Origin: an uncultured Gemmatimonadales bacterium
Lineage (GTDB): Bacteria; Gemmatimonadota; Gemmatimonadetes; Gemmatimonadales; Gemmatimonadaceae
Length of the DNA: 64,000 nucleotides
Assembly: GCA_963850905.1 (NCBI GenBank)
Contig: CAWKMU010000003.1
Span: forward strand, 2,752,001-2,816,000
Reading direction: 5' to 3'
Within the stretch, counting starts at the first letter, position 1; each line of letters starts with the position of its first letter. The notes under the pieces are model-generated. The model made no database searches. It was given only the letters and a program-made list of their open reading frames with translations, and had not been told where the DNA came from. Positions 1 through 11,000 of this stretch are shown here, one piece after another. A program made the position numbers and the translations under genes.

Positions 1-480
1 GAACTGGCCGGCCGCGTCCTCGCCCAGGTATTGATTCGCGACCTGAATCAAGCTGCTGCGATTCAGGTCGAAGAGGAGTGTTGCGGGCGTGAGCGACCCC
101 GTGCTCCAGCAACTCACCGCGCAGTTGGTGTAAATGTTCCAGGACGTCGCGCTTGTCACGAAGGGACCACCCAGATAGGTCAGGTTCCACGGTGAGTTCG
201 TTTGGCCTCTTGCCCGCATCGTGCCTTGCTCACGATCCGCGACCTGAATGGTGGGCTGCTCACTGAGCTTGAGGGTGCCCATTCGTGACGTGGCGCCACT
301 CCCAGGTGTGACGGTGAATGCTGCCGTCGGAAGGTTGGGGACGTCTTCGCTGCTCGCGGTTGACGTAGGGCTATCGCCGGCGCATGCGGCGAGGACGAGA
401 CCTGCCGATCCCACGAGCGCGGGGCCGATGAACGTTGACACACGATTGAAGCGCGCCTGCATGCCGAAGGTGCGACGCAT
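1..480 (-). CDS. Hypothetical lipoprotein, partial (runs off the window)
   Basis: Not in the ORF track. Manual translation from ATG 480 is open to base 1: MRRTFGMQARFNRVSTFIGPALVGSAGLVLAAC (lipobox) ...WNLTYLGGPFVTSATSWNIYTNCAVSCW...DLNRSSLIQVANQY. Confidence 0.7.
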   Translation of the reverse strand, partial: MRRTFGMQARFNRVSTFIGPALVGSAGLVLAACAGDSPTSTASSEDVPNLPTAAFTVTPGSGATSRMGTLKLSEQPTIQVADREQGTMRARGQTNSPWNLTYLGGPFVTSATSWNIYTNCAVSCWSTGSLTPATLLFDLNRSSLIQVANQYLGEDAAGQF

Positions 481-813
481 ACGGAGTGTCCTTGCCGGTC
501 AGTGCCGGCTCCGAAGTCCGAGAGTAACCGCGGGACATGAGACTGCTCGCGAAGGCACACCGATCTGCACCGCGGCACTGGCGGGCGCAAGTCCGCCGCG
601 TAACGGCACGGCAAAGGGGCGACACCTTGAGAATCTCCGAGCGTTGTTCCGATAATTGACGGTGCCGGCAAATGCCGCTCACCGGTTGATTCGGCAACGC
701 TCGAGCACGCTAACGCTCGTGTTACTCCCGTCCGGATGGTCGTTATGGCTCAGGTCGAGAAGCAGGCAGTAACGGATCGGTCATCGGACGCAGGCCACCG
801 GCGCCACGCTACG

Positions 814-1389
814 ATGGAGCCTCAGCGGCTGGAGGCGTTCAGCGATGGCGTCGTGGCGATCCTGATCACCATCCTCGTGCTGGAATTCCACGTGCCCGCC
901 GGCGGAGCGTGGAGCGCGCTCCGGCCAATGCTGCCGACGTTCCTTACTTATGCGCTCAGCTTCGTCTTCATCGGCATCTACTGGAACAATCACCACCACA
1001 TGCTGCAGCTCACGGATCGCATCAATGGCGGTATCCTGTGGGCGAACCTCCATCTCTTGTTTTGGTTGTCCCTCGTCCCATTCGTCACCGCCTGGATGGG
1101 CACCCATCTGCACGACGCCGCGCCGACCGCCCTCTACGGCGTCGTGCTCCTCGGCGCGGCGATCGCCTACACGATCCTCCAGCGGGCGATCATACGTGAA
1201 CAAGGAGCAGACTCCCCGTTGGCCGCCGCCGTCGGCGGCGACCGCAAGGGCAAGATTTCAGTCCTCTGCTACATCGTGGCGATTGCGCTCGCCTTCGTGC
1301 AGCCGGCTGCGGCCGACGCGCTCTACGTGACCGTCGCGCTCACGTGGCTGATCCCCGATCGGCGGATCGAGGGGCGCCTCCGGCGGTGA
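814..1389 (+). CDS. TMEM175 family (DUF1211) potassium channel
   Basis: RLEAFSDGVVAILITILVLE signature, YWNNHH, multiple TM helices; ATG 814 preferred over 736. Confidence 0.93.
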   Translation: MEPQRLEAFSDGVVAILITILVLEFHVPAGGAWSALRPMLPTFLTYALSFVFIGIYWNNHHHMLQLTDRINGGILWANLHLLFWLSLVPFVTAWMGTHLHDAAPTALYGVVLLGAAIAYTILQRAIIREQGADSPLAAAVGGDRKGKISVLCYIVAIALAFVQPAAADALYVTVALTWLIPDRRIEGRLRR

Positions 1390-1401
1390 GTCACTCGCCG
1401 A

Positions 1402-2856
1402 CTACGGGCGCTGGAACAGCATCTCCTGGATTTTGCCATCAGGCGTCCGATACATGAGCGCATCCCCGACTGCTGATCCCATCTTGAATCGAATGCTTGC
1501 GACTTCCATCCCGCCGCGCTCCGAGAGCCTGCGCACCTCGACCCCCGAGATCGGACGCAACGACTTGCGCGCCTGGGCCACCAGCTCGGGCGTCAGGAAG
1601 GCGCTGTAATCGTCGCCCAACGTCGAGCGATCGACGCGACCCTGTTGCAGTCCGGTCAGAAATGTCTGGGCGGCGACTTGCGCTGTCGGCCCGGTGACCG
1701 TTGGCACGTCCGGGTGCGGGAGCAGCTTGCCCAGAATGGCGCGCCCAAGTGAATCGAGCGAACCGAAGTCCGTGTTCGCGAGCATCACGATCGCCGACCG
1801 CGTCGCAGGGACGACAATGTTCTCCGCGACGAATCCGCTGACGGCGCCGCCGTGCTCCAACACCACGGCCTGACCTCGATCGTTCACGCCATCACCGCAG
1901 CCGTATCCCGTCGAGCGGCCATCCGGCAGACGCCGTGGCGTCGTCAGGATCGCATACGAGTCGGCGCTCAACACCTTTCCGCCGATCACGGCGAGGTCCC
2001 ACGTCAAGAGATCGGTCGGCGTCGACCAGATCGCGCCAGCGGTTCCCGCCCAGCCGCGCCCTTCCGGTGCCGCGGGGAATGGCGGCCCGAACGCGAAGGT
2101 GGTGTAGCCGCTGGCCATGTTCGCTCCGCCGCGCGTCGGCTCGAATTGCGTATGCTGCATGCCGACGGGCGTGAGAATGCGTTGTGTCAAGTTGCTGCCG
2201 TAGCTCTGGCCACTCACCTTTTCAATGACGCGACCCAGGATCAGGAAGTTCGTGTTGCTGTACGACCATCGGGTTCCCGGATCGAAGTCGAGTGGACGGG
2301 TCGCGTACTCGGCGATGATGCTGTCCTGGGTTTGGTCGTGTTGCATCTCGCGATCGACGAAATCCAGCGGATAGTAGTCGCGATAACCGGACACATGCTG
2401 CCCGAGCTCGAGGAGCGAGATGTCCGAGGCGCGTGTCAGGTTGGGGAAGTACTTGGCGACCGGGTCTTGCATCGACAGCTTGCCATCCTGCGCCAACAGC
2501 AGCGTCAGGGAGCACGTGAATTGCTTGGTGACGGAGCCAATCGCGAACATCGTTTCTGCGGAGACTGAGTCCTTGCCACCGAGGGCGCGAAGGCCGTAGC
2601 CCTTGGCGAGCACGATCTTTCCGTTCTGTGCGACCCCGACATTGAGCCCGATGAGATGCTTCGAGACGAGTGTCGCCCGAATCATGCTGTCGAGCTGGGC
2701 CACGTTGACCGGAGGTACCGACGCGGGGCTCGCGGTCCACGGCGCCGCAACGCTGGTCGAAGACGTGGTAGGTGCCGACTGCTGCGTTGCTGGAGGGCAG
2801 GCGAGACAGAGAAGTGCCGCCGTTGCGGCGACACACGGGCGTGCGATGCGGTTCAT
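1402..2856 (-). CDS. Exported serine hydrolase, beta-lactamase/AmpC-like family
   Basis: SxxK (GSVTK), YSN, HGG motifs; N-terminal signal with possible lipobox (LCLAC). Confidence 0.9.
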   Translation of the reverse strand: MNRIARPCVAATAALLCLACPPATQQSAPTTSSTSVAAPWTASPASVPPVNVAQLDSMIRATLVSKHLIGLNVGVAQNGKIVLAKGYGLRALGGKDSVSAETMFAIGSVTKQFTCSLTLLLAQDGKLSMQDPVAKYFPNLTRASDISLLELGQHVSGYRDYYPLDFVDREMQHDQTQDSIIAEYATRPLDFDPGTRWSYSNTNFLILGRVIEKVSGQSYGSNLTQRILTPVGMQHTQFEPTRGGANMASGYTTFAFGPPFPAAPEGRGWAGTAGAIWSTPTDLLTWDLAVIGGKVLSADSYAILTTPRRLPDGRSTGYGCGDGVNDRGQAVVLEHGGAVSGFVAENIVVPATRSAIVMLANTDFGSLDSLGRAILGKLLPHPDVPTVTGPTAQVAAQTFLTGLQQGRVDRSTLGDDYSAFLTPELVAQARKSLRPISGVEVRRLSERGGMEVASIRFKMGSAVGDALMYRTPDGKIQEMLFQRP

Positions 2857-2950
2857 TGGGGCGCTCGAAGGGAGAGAGACATGATGCGTCGGTCGGGAGT
2901 ATGGAAGACGACCTCGTCCAGGGCAAGCGGGGAGGGCCGGCTTTCAGGCG

Positions 2951-2977
2951 TGTCGATTTTGCCATTCCCCGTTCGAC
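2951..2977 (+). promoter_or_regulatory. Candidate ECF42 target promoter (TGTCGA-N17-CGAC)
   Basis: TGTCGA at 2951 and CGAC at 2974, upstream of a DGPF/ECF42 pair; matches the described ECF42 consensus TGTCGA / CG(A/T)C. Confidence 0.7.
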
Positions 2978-3040
2978 GTATCCATGAACCGTGGCACGAG
3001 TCCGCGGGATCACCCACCTGACCAACTTGGAGATACGACC

Positions 3041-3466
3041 ATGCGCTTCATGATGCTGATGATTCCGAAGGGGTATGAGCAGGCGGCGCCGGGAACGTTG
3101 CCCGATCCAAAGGCCGTCTCGGTCATGGAGAAATACAACGAGTCCCTGCAGAAGGCCGGCGTCCTGATCGCGCTCGATGGGCTCCACCCCCCCTCCATGG
3201 GGGCGCGCGTCTCCTTCTCGGGTGGGAAACCCAAAGTGACCGACGGGCCCTTCTCCGAGGTGAAAGAGGTTCTGGGCGGCTACTGGATGATTCAGGCCAG
3301 ATCGAAGGAGGAAGCCATCGAGTGGGCCAAGCGCTGCCCCGCCTCTGACAACGAAGTGATCGAGGTGCGCCAGGTGATGGAATTCGCGGACCCGGCTGTC
3401 GTCCAGGCGGTCGCTGGCGGATTCCAGGAAATGCAATCACAGGCAGCGCGGAGCGGGGGGCGCTGA
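3041..3466 (+). CDS. YciI family DGPF protein
   Basis: VTDGPFSEVKEVLGGYW motif; GGAG RBS before ATG 3041. Confidence 0.93.
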   Translation: MRFMMLMIPKGYEQAAPGTLPDPKAVSVMEKYNESLQKAGVLIALDGLHPPSMGARVSFSGGKPKVTDGPFSEVKEVLGGYWMIQARSKEEAIEWAKRCPASDNEVIEVRQVMEFADPAVVQAVAGGFQEMQSQAARSGGR

Positions 3467-3524
3467 TGGTGTGCTGGTTGGCGGCGGTGCGCGCCGGGCG
3501 TCACCTGGATCCGGGCGCATCGCC

Positions 3525-4803
3525 GTGACGACCGCGGAAACCCACCGCGTCGTCGACGCGGTCTGGCGCATCGAGTCGGCCACCGTGATTGCCAGCCTGA
3601 CACGGATCGTGAGGGATGTCGGAGCGGCCGAAGACCTCGCCCAGGACGCCCTGGTGGCGGCGCTCGAGCAATGGCCCGAGACGGGCGTTCCGCGGAATCC
3701 CGGCGCGTGGCTCATGGCCACGGCGAAACGGCGCGCGATCGATCTTCTGCGACGCAACTCTCGGGTCGAACGCAAACACGAGGAGCTCGACCGCGAGCTC
3801 GAGGCGCAGCAGGAGGCCGCGGTCGACTCGCTCAATGTCATGATCGATGATGACATTGGCGACGATCTGCTGCGGCTGATCTTCACCTGCTGTCACCCGG
3901 TATTGTCGCCGGAGGCGCGGGTCACGCTGACGCTGCGGTTGCTCGGAGGGCTCAGTACGGCGGAGATCGGACGCGCGTTCCTGGTCCCCGAGCCGACAAT
4001 TAGTCAGCGAATCGTCCGGGCGAAACGGACGTTGGTTGCCGCCAACGTGCCCTTCGAGGCACCGCGAGGCGCGGAGCTGGTCGCGCGCCTCGCCTCTGTC
4101 CTCGAGGTGCTCTACCTCATCTTCAATGAGGGCTACGCCGCGACTGGCGGCGATGACTGGACGCGACCGGCGCTCTGCGAGGACGCGCTGCGCCTTGGCC
4201 GCATCTTGGCCGAGTTGGTGCCCGCCAATGCCGAGGTCCACGGGTTGGTCGCCCTGATGGAGATTCAAGCATCTCGCCTCAATGCGCGTTTCGGATGCCT
4301 CGGGCGCCCCGGTACTCCTGCTCGACCAGGACCGTACTCGATGGAATCGGCTGCTCATCCGCCGCGGGCTTGCAGCGCTCGCCCGCATCGAATCGCTCGG
4401 GGCAGCGCTCGGCCCCTACGGGCTCCAGGCGGCGATCGCAGCCTGCCACGCGCTGGCGCCGACAGGTGCGGACACCGACTGGATCCGGATCGTCGCACTG
4501 TACGACGCGCTGGCCGAGCTGCAGCCGTCGCCGGTCGTGCAGATCAATCGTGCGGTCGCCATTGCGATGGCGTTTGGACCTTCGGCGGCGCTGGAGCTCG
4601 TGGACCAGCTGACGTCGGAGCCCGCACTCACCGCGTCGCACATGTTACCGACCGTGCGCGGCGATCTCCTGAGCAAGCTCGGCCGCAATGATGAGGCCCG
4701 CGCCGAATTCGCGCGGGCCGCATCGCTCACGAGCAACGGTCGCGAGCGTGCGTTGCTACTAGAGCGTGCGGCCGCCAACGCGTCGAGGAACCCCGAGCCC
4801 TAG
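3525..4803 (+). pseudogene. ECF42-type sigma factor with C-terminal TPR extension, split by a +1 frameshift near 4289-4291 (possibly a sequencing error)
   Basis: AEDLAQDAL, DDLLRLIFTCCHP, YLIFNEGY in one frame; GAPVLLLDQDRTRW...LQAAIAACH continues in the next frame after CGTTTCGGA. Confidence 0.85.
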
Positions 4804-4834
4804 CCCCGCCGCTCGTCTCCTTTCTCCTCACTCC

Positions 4835-7030
4835 TTACTCGGGCGCGGAAGCGCCCGGGTGGTACTCCCGTGCCGTGTGCCCAGTGAGTTGCGAGCGGTA
4901 GAAGTAGACGTCGCGTAGGTCACCGGTGCTGTAGCGCTTCGCCTGGTCATCGAAGTGGGGCGAAGAGGGCTGTCCGCTCTGACCGCCAGCGGTGACCGCC
5001 TTCGCCCGGACACTATCGCCGAATTCCACGACCGCGACGAAGCTGTTGCCAGCGGTGCCGTACATCTTCTTCGTGCCGGGGTAGCGACGCGCACCGAACG
5101 ACGCCAGCGACCCCCACACGGCCGATGTGAATTCCACCGGGATGCTCGGGGCGGAATCACTGAACGTCGGCACGATGTCATCGTTGAGGCGCTGGAAGCG
5201 GTTGATGTCGCCCCACGGGGTTCGCCACGAGCCGAAATCGTTCGTCAACGTGTCGGACGCGGCTGCCAACGCTTCGAGCCGCTCCACCGGCGTCGTTTTC
5301 GCGACCACGTAGTCGAACATCGACATGTGTGCCTGCCGAGCGCCCGCGGTCACGCGCTGCCCCATTTCCTGACCCCAGTAGACCGCCAACGCCGTCGGCA
5401 CCGACGTCGCCGACCAGCGATAGTCCCACCCGCGCAGCATCTTGATCTGCTCGGCCAGCTGCGCCTTCAGCGGGTTGCTGGACGGGGTGGAGTCGTACGC
5501 GTGCAGCAGCGACGGGATCATGCGCGCAAACGCGGGGAGGTAGCTGTCGTACGCGGTCGCCATGAGTGACGTGAGGGTAAAGTCCTTCTTCCCTTGCAGC
5601 ACGCGAACCGCATGGTATCCACGCTGGGACTCCTCGCGGCCGGTCTCCACGTAGGCTGGAAAGTCCGCCCGCTTGGGACTGCTCGGACCCGCCGCGGACC
5701 ACGGCCAATTGTTGCTGTTGTACAGCCAGCCGCTGGCCGGATTCAGGAGGTGCGGCGTCTCATCGACCGACAGGAGCCCATGCCACTCCGTCGCCGTGTC
5801 ACTGCCGTCGACCGGCTGAGTCCAATCGAACTTGGTACTCCGTCGCGGGATGAAGTTCGCGTGGAAATACGCAATGTCGCCGTCGGCATCCGCATAGATC
5901 GTATTGTTCGACGAGTTCGTGTGCAGCTCCATGGTCTGGCGAAATGCGGCGTAGTTCTTCGCCTTGGTGCGGGTGTACGACTGGATCAATGCTTTCACGG
6001 GTGCCTGCATCAAGCTGATGCTCATCCACTTGTCACCGGACTGCGCAATGATCGGGCCATGCTGCGTCCGATACACGGTGAATTCCTTGCTGGCCATGCC
6101 GGTGGCCGTCTTGTAGGGGATCGTGATGGTGCGACTGATCACGGGCCGATCTTCACCGCCGGAGCGGTAAAAGAACTGGTTGCCCTTCTTCACGACGGTT
6201 TCCAGGTAACGGTCGACGGCGTCGGCGCCACTCGACGTGTGCATCCAGCCAATGCGGTCGTTGAAGCCTTGATACACGAAGAACTGGCCCCACGTGACCG
6301 CGCCATAGGCGTCGAGCCCCTCGTCGCTCACCTCCTGTAGTTCGGCACGGAAGTAGAACGACGTGTGCGGATTGATCAGGAGCAAGGCGTGGTGATCCAC
6401 CGTGTTCGACGGTGCGATGGCGATGCCATTCGAGCCCGACGGCTCTGGCGGCAGTCCTACGCCGTCGGCTCGTGCCAGCCTCACCGGGCCATTGCCGTAG
6501 AACTCCTGCAGCTGGGCCAGGTCGATGCGCTCAATGTCGCCGCCAATGCTCCCTTCGCTGAAGGTGAGCGCCATCCACGGCTCGAAGTGCGTGATGACCC
6601 GTGGCCTGACCTCGGGATGTCGATACAGGTAGTAGTTCAGCCCATCGGCGTACGCGTTCATGAGCGCCTTGAGCCAATCGGGGCTGGTCGCATACAGCGC
6701 CTTCAGCGAGTCTGGATCGATGAAGAGCTTCATGCGCAGGTCGCGATAGATCGCTGACTCGCCCTCGGCCTCGGCCAACCGCCCCATGGCGTTGATGTAA
6801 TTCGTCTCGACGCGGTTGAAGTCGTCCTCGGCTTGCGCGTACTCCATCCCGAAGACTGCGTCGGCGTCGGTCTTGCCGTAGATGTGGGGGATGCCCCAAT
6901 CATCCCGAATGATCGTGACGCGTTGTGCCTCCTGCTGCCACCGCGCGATGTCCTTGCTGTCAGGCGCGGACGGCCGCGCAGCGGCGCACGCGGCCGCCGC
7001 GAGCACGAGTACAGGGGCGAGTCTGTTCAT
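4835..7030 (-). CDS. Penicillin/AHL acylase family Ntn-hydrolase (lipoprotein)
   Basis: RDDWGIPHIY, GSNG (Ser nucleophile), NPH motifs; lipobox LAAAAC. Confidence 0.92.
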   Translation of the reverse strand: MNRLAPVLVLAAAACAAARPSAPDSKDIARWQQEAQRVTIIRDDWGIPHIYGKTDADAVFGMEYAQAEDDFNRVETNYINAMGRLAEAEGESAIYRDLRMKLFIDPDSLKALYATSPDWLKALMNAYADGLNYYLYRHPEVRPRVITHFEPWMALTFSEGSIGGDIERIDLAQLQEFYGNGPVRLARADGVGLPPEPSGSNGIAIAPSNTVDHHALLLINPHTSFYFRAELQEVSDEGLDAYGAVTWGQFFVYQGFNDRIGWMHTSSGADAVDRYLETVVKKGNQFFYRSGGEDRPVISRTITIPYKTATGMASKEFTVYRTQHGPIIAQSGDKWMSISLMQAPVKALIQSYTRTKAKNYAAFRQTMELHTNSSNNTIYADADGDIAYFHANFIPRRSTKFDWTQPVDGSDTATEWHGLLSVDETPHLLNPASGWLYNSNNWPWSAAGPSSPKRADFPAYVETGREESQRGYHAVRVLQGKKDFTLTSLMATAYDSYLPAFARMIPSLLHAYDSTPSSNPLKAQLAEQIKMLRGWDYRWSATSVPTALAVYWGQEMGQRVTAGARQAHMSMFDYVVAKTTPVERLEALAAASDTLTNDFGSWRTPWGDINRFQRLNDDIVPTFSDSAPSIPVEFTSAVWGSLASFGARRYPGTKKMYGTAGNSFVAVVEFGDSVRAKAVTAGGQSGQPSSPHFDDQAKRYSTGDLRDVYFYRSQLTGHTAREYHPGASAPE

Positions 7031-7041
7031 GCGGCTCCTCT

Positions 7042-7863
7042 CTAAGCGATTATCTCCGTCTGCACCAACTCTTTCTCGACCACCTGGCCGTTCACGAGGC
7101 TGACGTAGTATGCCTTGGCGTCGGGTCTCGTGTGCACGACACGTTTGACCTCGTTGTCCTCGAAGTAGATGCCCGCGTCGTTGTCACATGCGTAGCCCGG
7201 CTTCATCTCGCCCGAGGCGATCAGCTTCTTGTATAGCGGACGGCGTTGCGGCTCGTGATCGTAGTGGGGACAGTGGCTGCCTTTGATGAAACCGAGACAC
7301 TTGACGATCGACAACTCCTTCGGCCTGGAGTCGGTGGTTCCCTCATCAAACCAGCACAGCGAGCCCGCGCTGGCACCGCCGAGCACGATCCCGCGGTCCC
7401 ACGCTTCTCGAAGGACCGTATCGATGCCCTGTGCCTTCCAAATCGCCTGCTGGTTCAGGGTGTTGCCACCCGAGGCGACGATGCCATCCATCGACAGCAG
7501 GACTTCGTCCCATCCCTGTGTCTGCCGATAGCTGCTGATGAAGCTCTCCTGTACGAACGGCTCGACATCGACGGGCCCACAGTCCCGAAAGAAGGCAATG
7601 CTGCCCTCCGGCCGATCGGCCGACGCCGTGGGCAAGTAACAGATCCGAGGCCGTTGCTTCCCGGTGAGCGTCGCCATGTAGCGGATGAAGGGCGTGTTGA
7701 ATCCGCCGCCGGCAATGAGCACCTTGCGAGTGCCGGCGGCCACGCGCGGCGTCTTCACCAGTTCGGCCAGCGCCGACCGACTGAGCCCCACGGTTCCCAG
7801 CGCCGAGGTCGCGAGCCCGGCGGAGCCCAGCGCGGATGAGACGAGGAACTCTCTTCGCTTCAT
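7042..7863 (-). CDS. Peptidase E (S51) family, Tat-exported
   Basis: MKRREFL Tat motif; PTAS, GGNT, GASAG, CPHYD motifs. Confidence 0.9.
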   Translation of the reverse strand: MKRREFLVSSALGSAGLATSALGTVGLSRSALAELVKTPRVAAGTRKVLIAGGGFNTPFIRYMATLTGKQRPRICYLPTASADRPEGSIAFFRDCGPVDVEPFVQESFISSYRQTQGWDEVLLSMDGIVASGGNTLNQQAIWKAQGIDTVLREAWDRGIVLGGASAGSLCWFDEGTTDSRPKELSIVKCLGFIKGSHCPHYDHEPQRRPLYKKLIASGEMKPGYACDNDAGIYFEDNEVKRVVHTRPDAKAYYVSLVNGQVVEKELVQTEIIA

Positions 7864-8043
7864 GGTGATCGGCTCTCCTAGTTGTAGGTGTCGGACCGGT
7901 CGTGCACGAGTGACGACGAGGCTACCGGACAGGCGCTTCTGTTCGCCGGTATGTGGGCGCAAAAGTACCCCGCAAGTCGGAGCATTTCAAAGGGAGGGAG
8001 GCGATGTGAGAACGGAGGGAAAAAAGCGGGGTGAGCGCCGTTC

Positions 8044-11000
8044 TCAGACCGCCAGGTAGTCTCCCGGTCGGGCGACCATCTCGTAGAGGACGGGCATGAG
8101 GAAGATACTGATCAAGAGTCGCGAGAAGAGGCCGCCGACGATGACCAGCGCAAACGGGCGCTGGGTGTCCGTACCGACGCCGGTCGCAAGGGCCGCTGGC
8201 AGCAAGCCCAGAGCAGCGACGAGTGCCGTCATCGCGATGGGACGCAGCCGGAGACGCGCCGCCTGCCGTGCCGCCTCAGTGATGGAGATGCCGGCCAGGC
8301 GAAGCTCATTGGCGTAGGAGATGTAGACGACCGCTGTCTGCACCGAGACGCCGAACAGGGCGAGAAAGCCGATCGCCGACGAGACCGACACCGGGGTGTG
8401 CGTGATTGCGAGCGCGACGACGCCTCCGATGGGGTCGGACAGCACGACGCCGAGCAGCGTGATGAGCGGGAATTTGAAGTTGCGATACAGGGCAAACAGG
8501 ACGGCCAGGATGAGCGCGAGCGTGACTGGCAGCACGATCCGGAGCTCCGCTCGCGACGCCGTGTACTCCTGGTATTCGCCTCCCCACACCACGCGATAGC
8601 CCTGCGGGAGCTTGACTTCGCGGGCGACGGCTGCTTGCGCTTCCTGCACAGCGCTCGCCAGGTCGCGGCCCTCCACCGAATACTGGATGCCGATGTAGCG
8701 CGAGTTGTCCTGTCGATAGATGAAAGCGGCGCCCTGCGAGATCCTGATGGTGGCCAGATCGCGGATCGGGATCTGCTGCCCGGCGGGGGTCGCGACGAGA
8801 ATGTTGCCGATCGCCTGCGGCGTCTCGCGGTATTGCGGTTGTAGGCGAACGACGAGATCGAACAGCTTTTCCCCTTGAACCACTTGCGTGGCGGCCTGAC
8901 CGCCGACCGCCGCCTCGATGAGCGCGTTGACGTCAGCGACATTGATCCCATACCGCGCGATCTTGTCGCGATCGATGTCGACGGTCAGCGAGGGCTGGCC
9001 GAGCTCCTGAACCAGCGTCGTGTGCGTGATCCCGCGTACGCGCTCCATGACGTGCTTGATCAACTTGCCGCGCTCTTCGAGAACCGCGAGATCTGATCCG
9101 AAGACCTTCACATCGAGCGAGCTCTTGAGCCCGGTCTCGGCCTCATCGACGGCATCTTCCGCAGGTTGCGTATAGTTGAAGGTGATGCCGGGAAAGACCT
9201 GCAGCTTTCGATTGACGGCGTCGATGAACTCGTTCTTGTTGCGATACGGGCCGGTCCACTCGTTGTACGGCTTGAGACCGACGTAGAACTCTGCGTTGAA
9301 GAAGCCCGTCGGATCGGTGCCATCGTCGGGACGTCCATGCTCGTCGGCGACGACCGTGACCTCCGGGAACGAATGGAGCACCGCGCGGATCTGCGGCACG
9401 ATGTGCGACGACTCGTCAAACGAGATGGTGTACGGCATGGTGGCCCGAACCCACAACGCGCCTTCGTCGAGCTTGGGCATGAATTCCGCGCCGAGCGAAA
9501 ACCAGAGCGGGATCGTCAGGAGCAGAATCCCGACCGATATCGCCAGCGTCGTCCGTGGACGCTCCAGGCACCAGTGCAACAACCGCATGTAGTGGTCGCG
9601 AATCCACTCGAATGTGGGGTTGCGGCGGTCACGCACGCCCTTACGGAGCACGAAGAGGCACAGAATCGGGAGCGTCGTGAGCGCCACGAGCAGGGCGCCG
9701 ATCAACGCGTAGATCATGGTGTCGGCCATCGGCTTGAAGAGCCGACCCGACGGACCCGACAAGACGTAGATCGGCAAGAACCCCGTGACGATCACGGCGA
9801 CGGCGTACACGATCGGACGGTCGACCTGGGCGGCCGCTCCCGCGATCACATCGCGGGTCGAGTACGTCGTTCCGTGGCGGATCGCCAGCTGCCGATGGAT
9901 GTTCTCGACCATGACGACGGATGCGTCGACCAGGATCCCGAAATCGATCGCGCCTATGGACAGCAGGTTCGCCGGAATGTGCCGAAGATCGAGACAGATG
10001 AAAGCGAACAGCAGCGACAGCGGGATCGTCGTCGCGACGATCAGGCCCGACCGCACGTCGTACAGGAAGAACACGAGCACCACCACGACGAGCACGATAC
10101 CGCGCAGCAGGTTGCCTGCGACCGTGCGTGTCGTGAGCCGAATGAGCTCGCTCCGGTCGTAGAACGGCTCGATGTGAACGTCCTTGGGAAGCGTACGGTT
10201 CAGGAAATCCGTCGCCGTTTCGACGCGCTTGAGCACGGTCTGCGCTTGTTCCCCGGTGCGCATGAGAATCACACCTTCAACCGCGTCATTGGCGCTGTCG
10301 TAGCCGAACTGCCCCAGACGCGGTGCCTGGCCGATGACGACCTGGCCGATGTCCTTCACCAACACGGGCGTGCCGTTCTTCACGGCGACGACGATGTTGC
10401 CGATGTCCTGCGGCGTGGCGACGCGCCCCAGGCCGCGCACGTAGTAGAACTGTCCGCCTTCGGAGTAGAACCCGCCGCCCGCATTGTCGTTGTTGGCACC
10501 CAAAGACGCGGCGACCATTGGCACGGTGAGTCCCGCGCCAGCCAGCTTGATCGGATCGATCAGCACCTGGTACTGCATCGTCGGACCGCCCAGCGGGGAC
10601 AGGTCCGCGACGCCCGGGACCGCTCGGTACACCTTGGAGATGTCCCAATCATCGATGGTCTTCAGGTCCATGGGACTGCGATCGGGACTCTGTAAGACGT
10701 ACCGATAGACAAGGCCGGAGGGCGACGACAGCGGCGCGATGCTCGGTGTGACGCCATTCGGCAGCGTGATGTCGTTCAAGCGCTGGAACGCCTGCTCTCT
10801 CGCGAAGTACGGGTCGACGTTGTCCTGAAACGTCATGATCACGTCGGAGAGCCCGTACAGCGAAATGGACCGGACCACCCGCAGCTGCGGGATCCCGTAC
10901 ATCCCGATCTCGACCGGGACGGTGATGAGTCGCTCGACCTCCTCGGTCGCCCGACCTGGCCACTGCGTGATCACCTCGACCATCGGCGGCGAAAGGTCGG

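Noticed and set aside
1402..2856. Antibiotic-resistance beta-lactamase
   Set aside because: Generic SxxK serine hydrolase; nothing supports beta-lactam specificity
4285..4300. Programmed ribosomal frameshift or phase variation in the sigma gene
   Set aside because: Only a TTT run with no recognisable slippery heptamer; a similar +1 in sixA suggests sequencing error
9166..10695. 509-aa antisense ORF and similar long shadow ORFs (e.g. 2222-3436, 37649-39193, 43625-44992, 61670-62764)
   Set aside because: They overlap well-supported genes, are Arg/Pro/Ala-rich without motifs, and are expected in high-GC DNA
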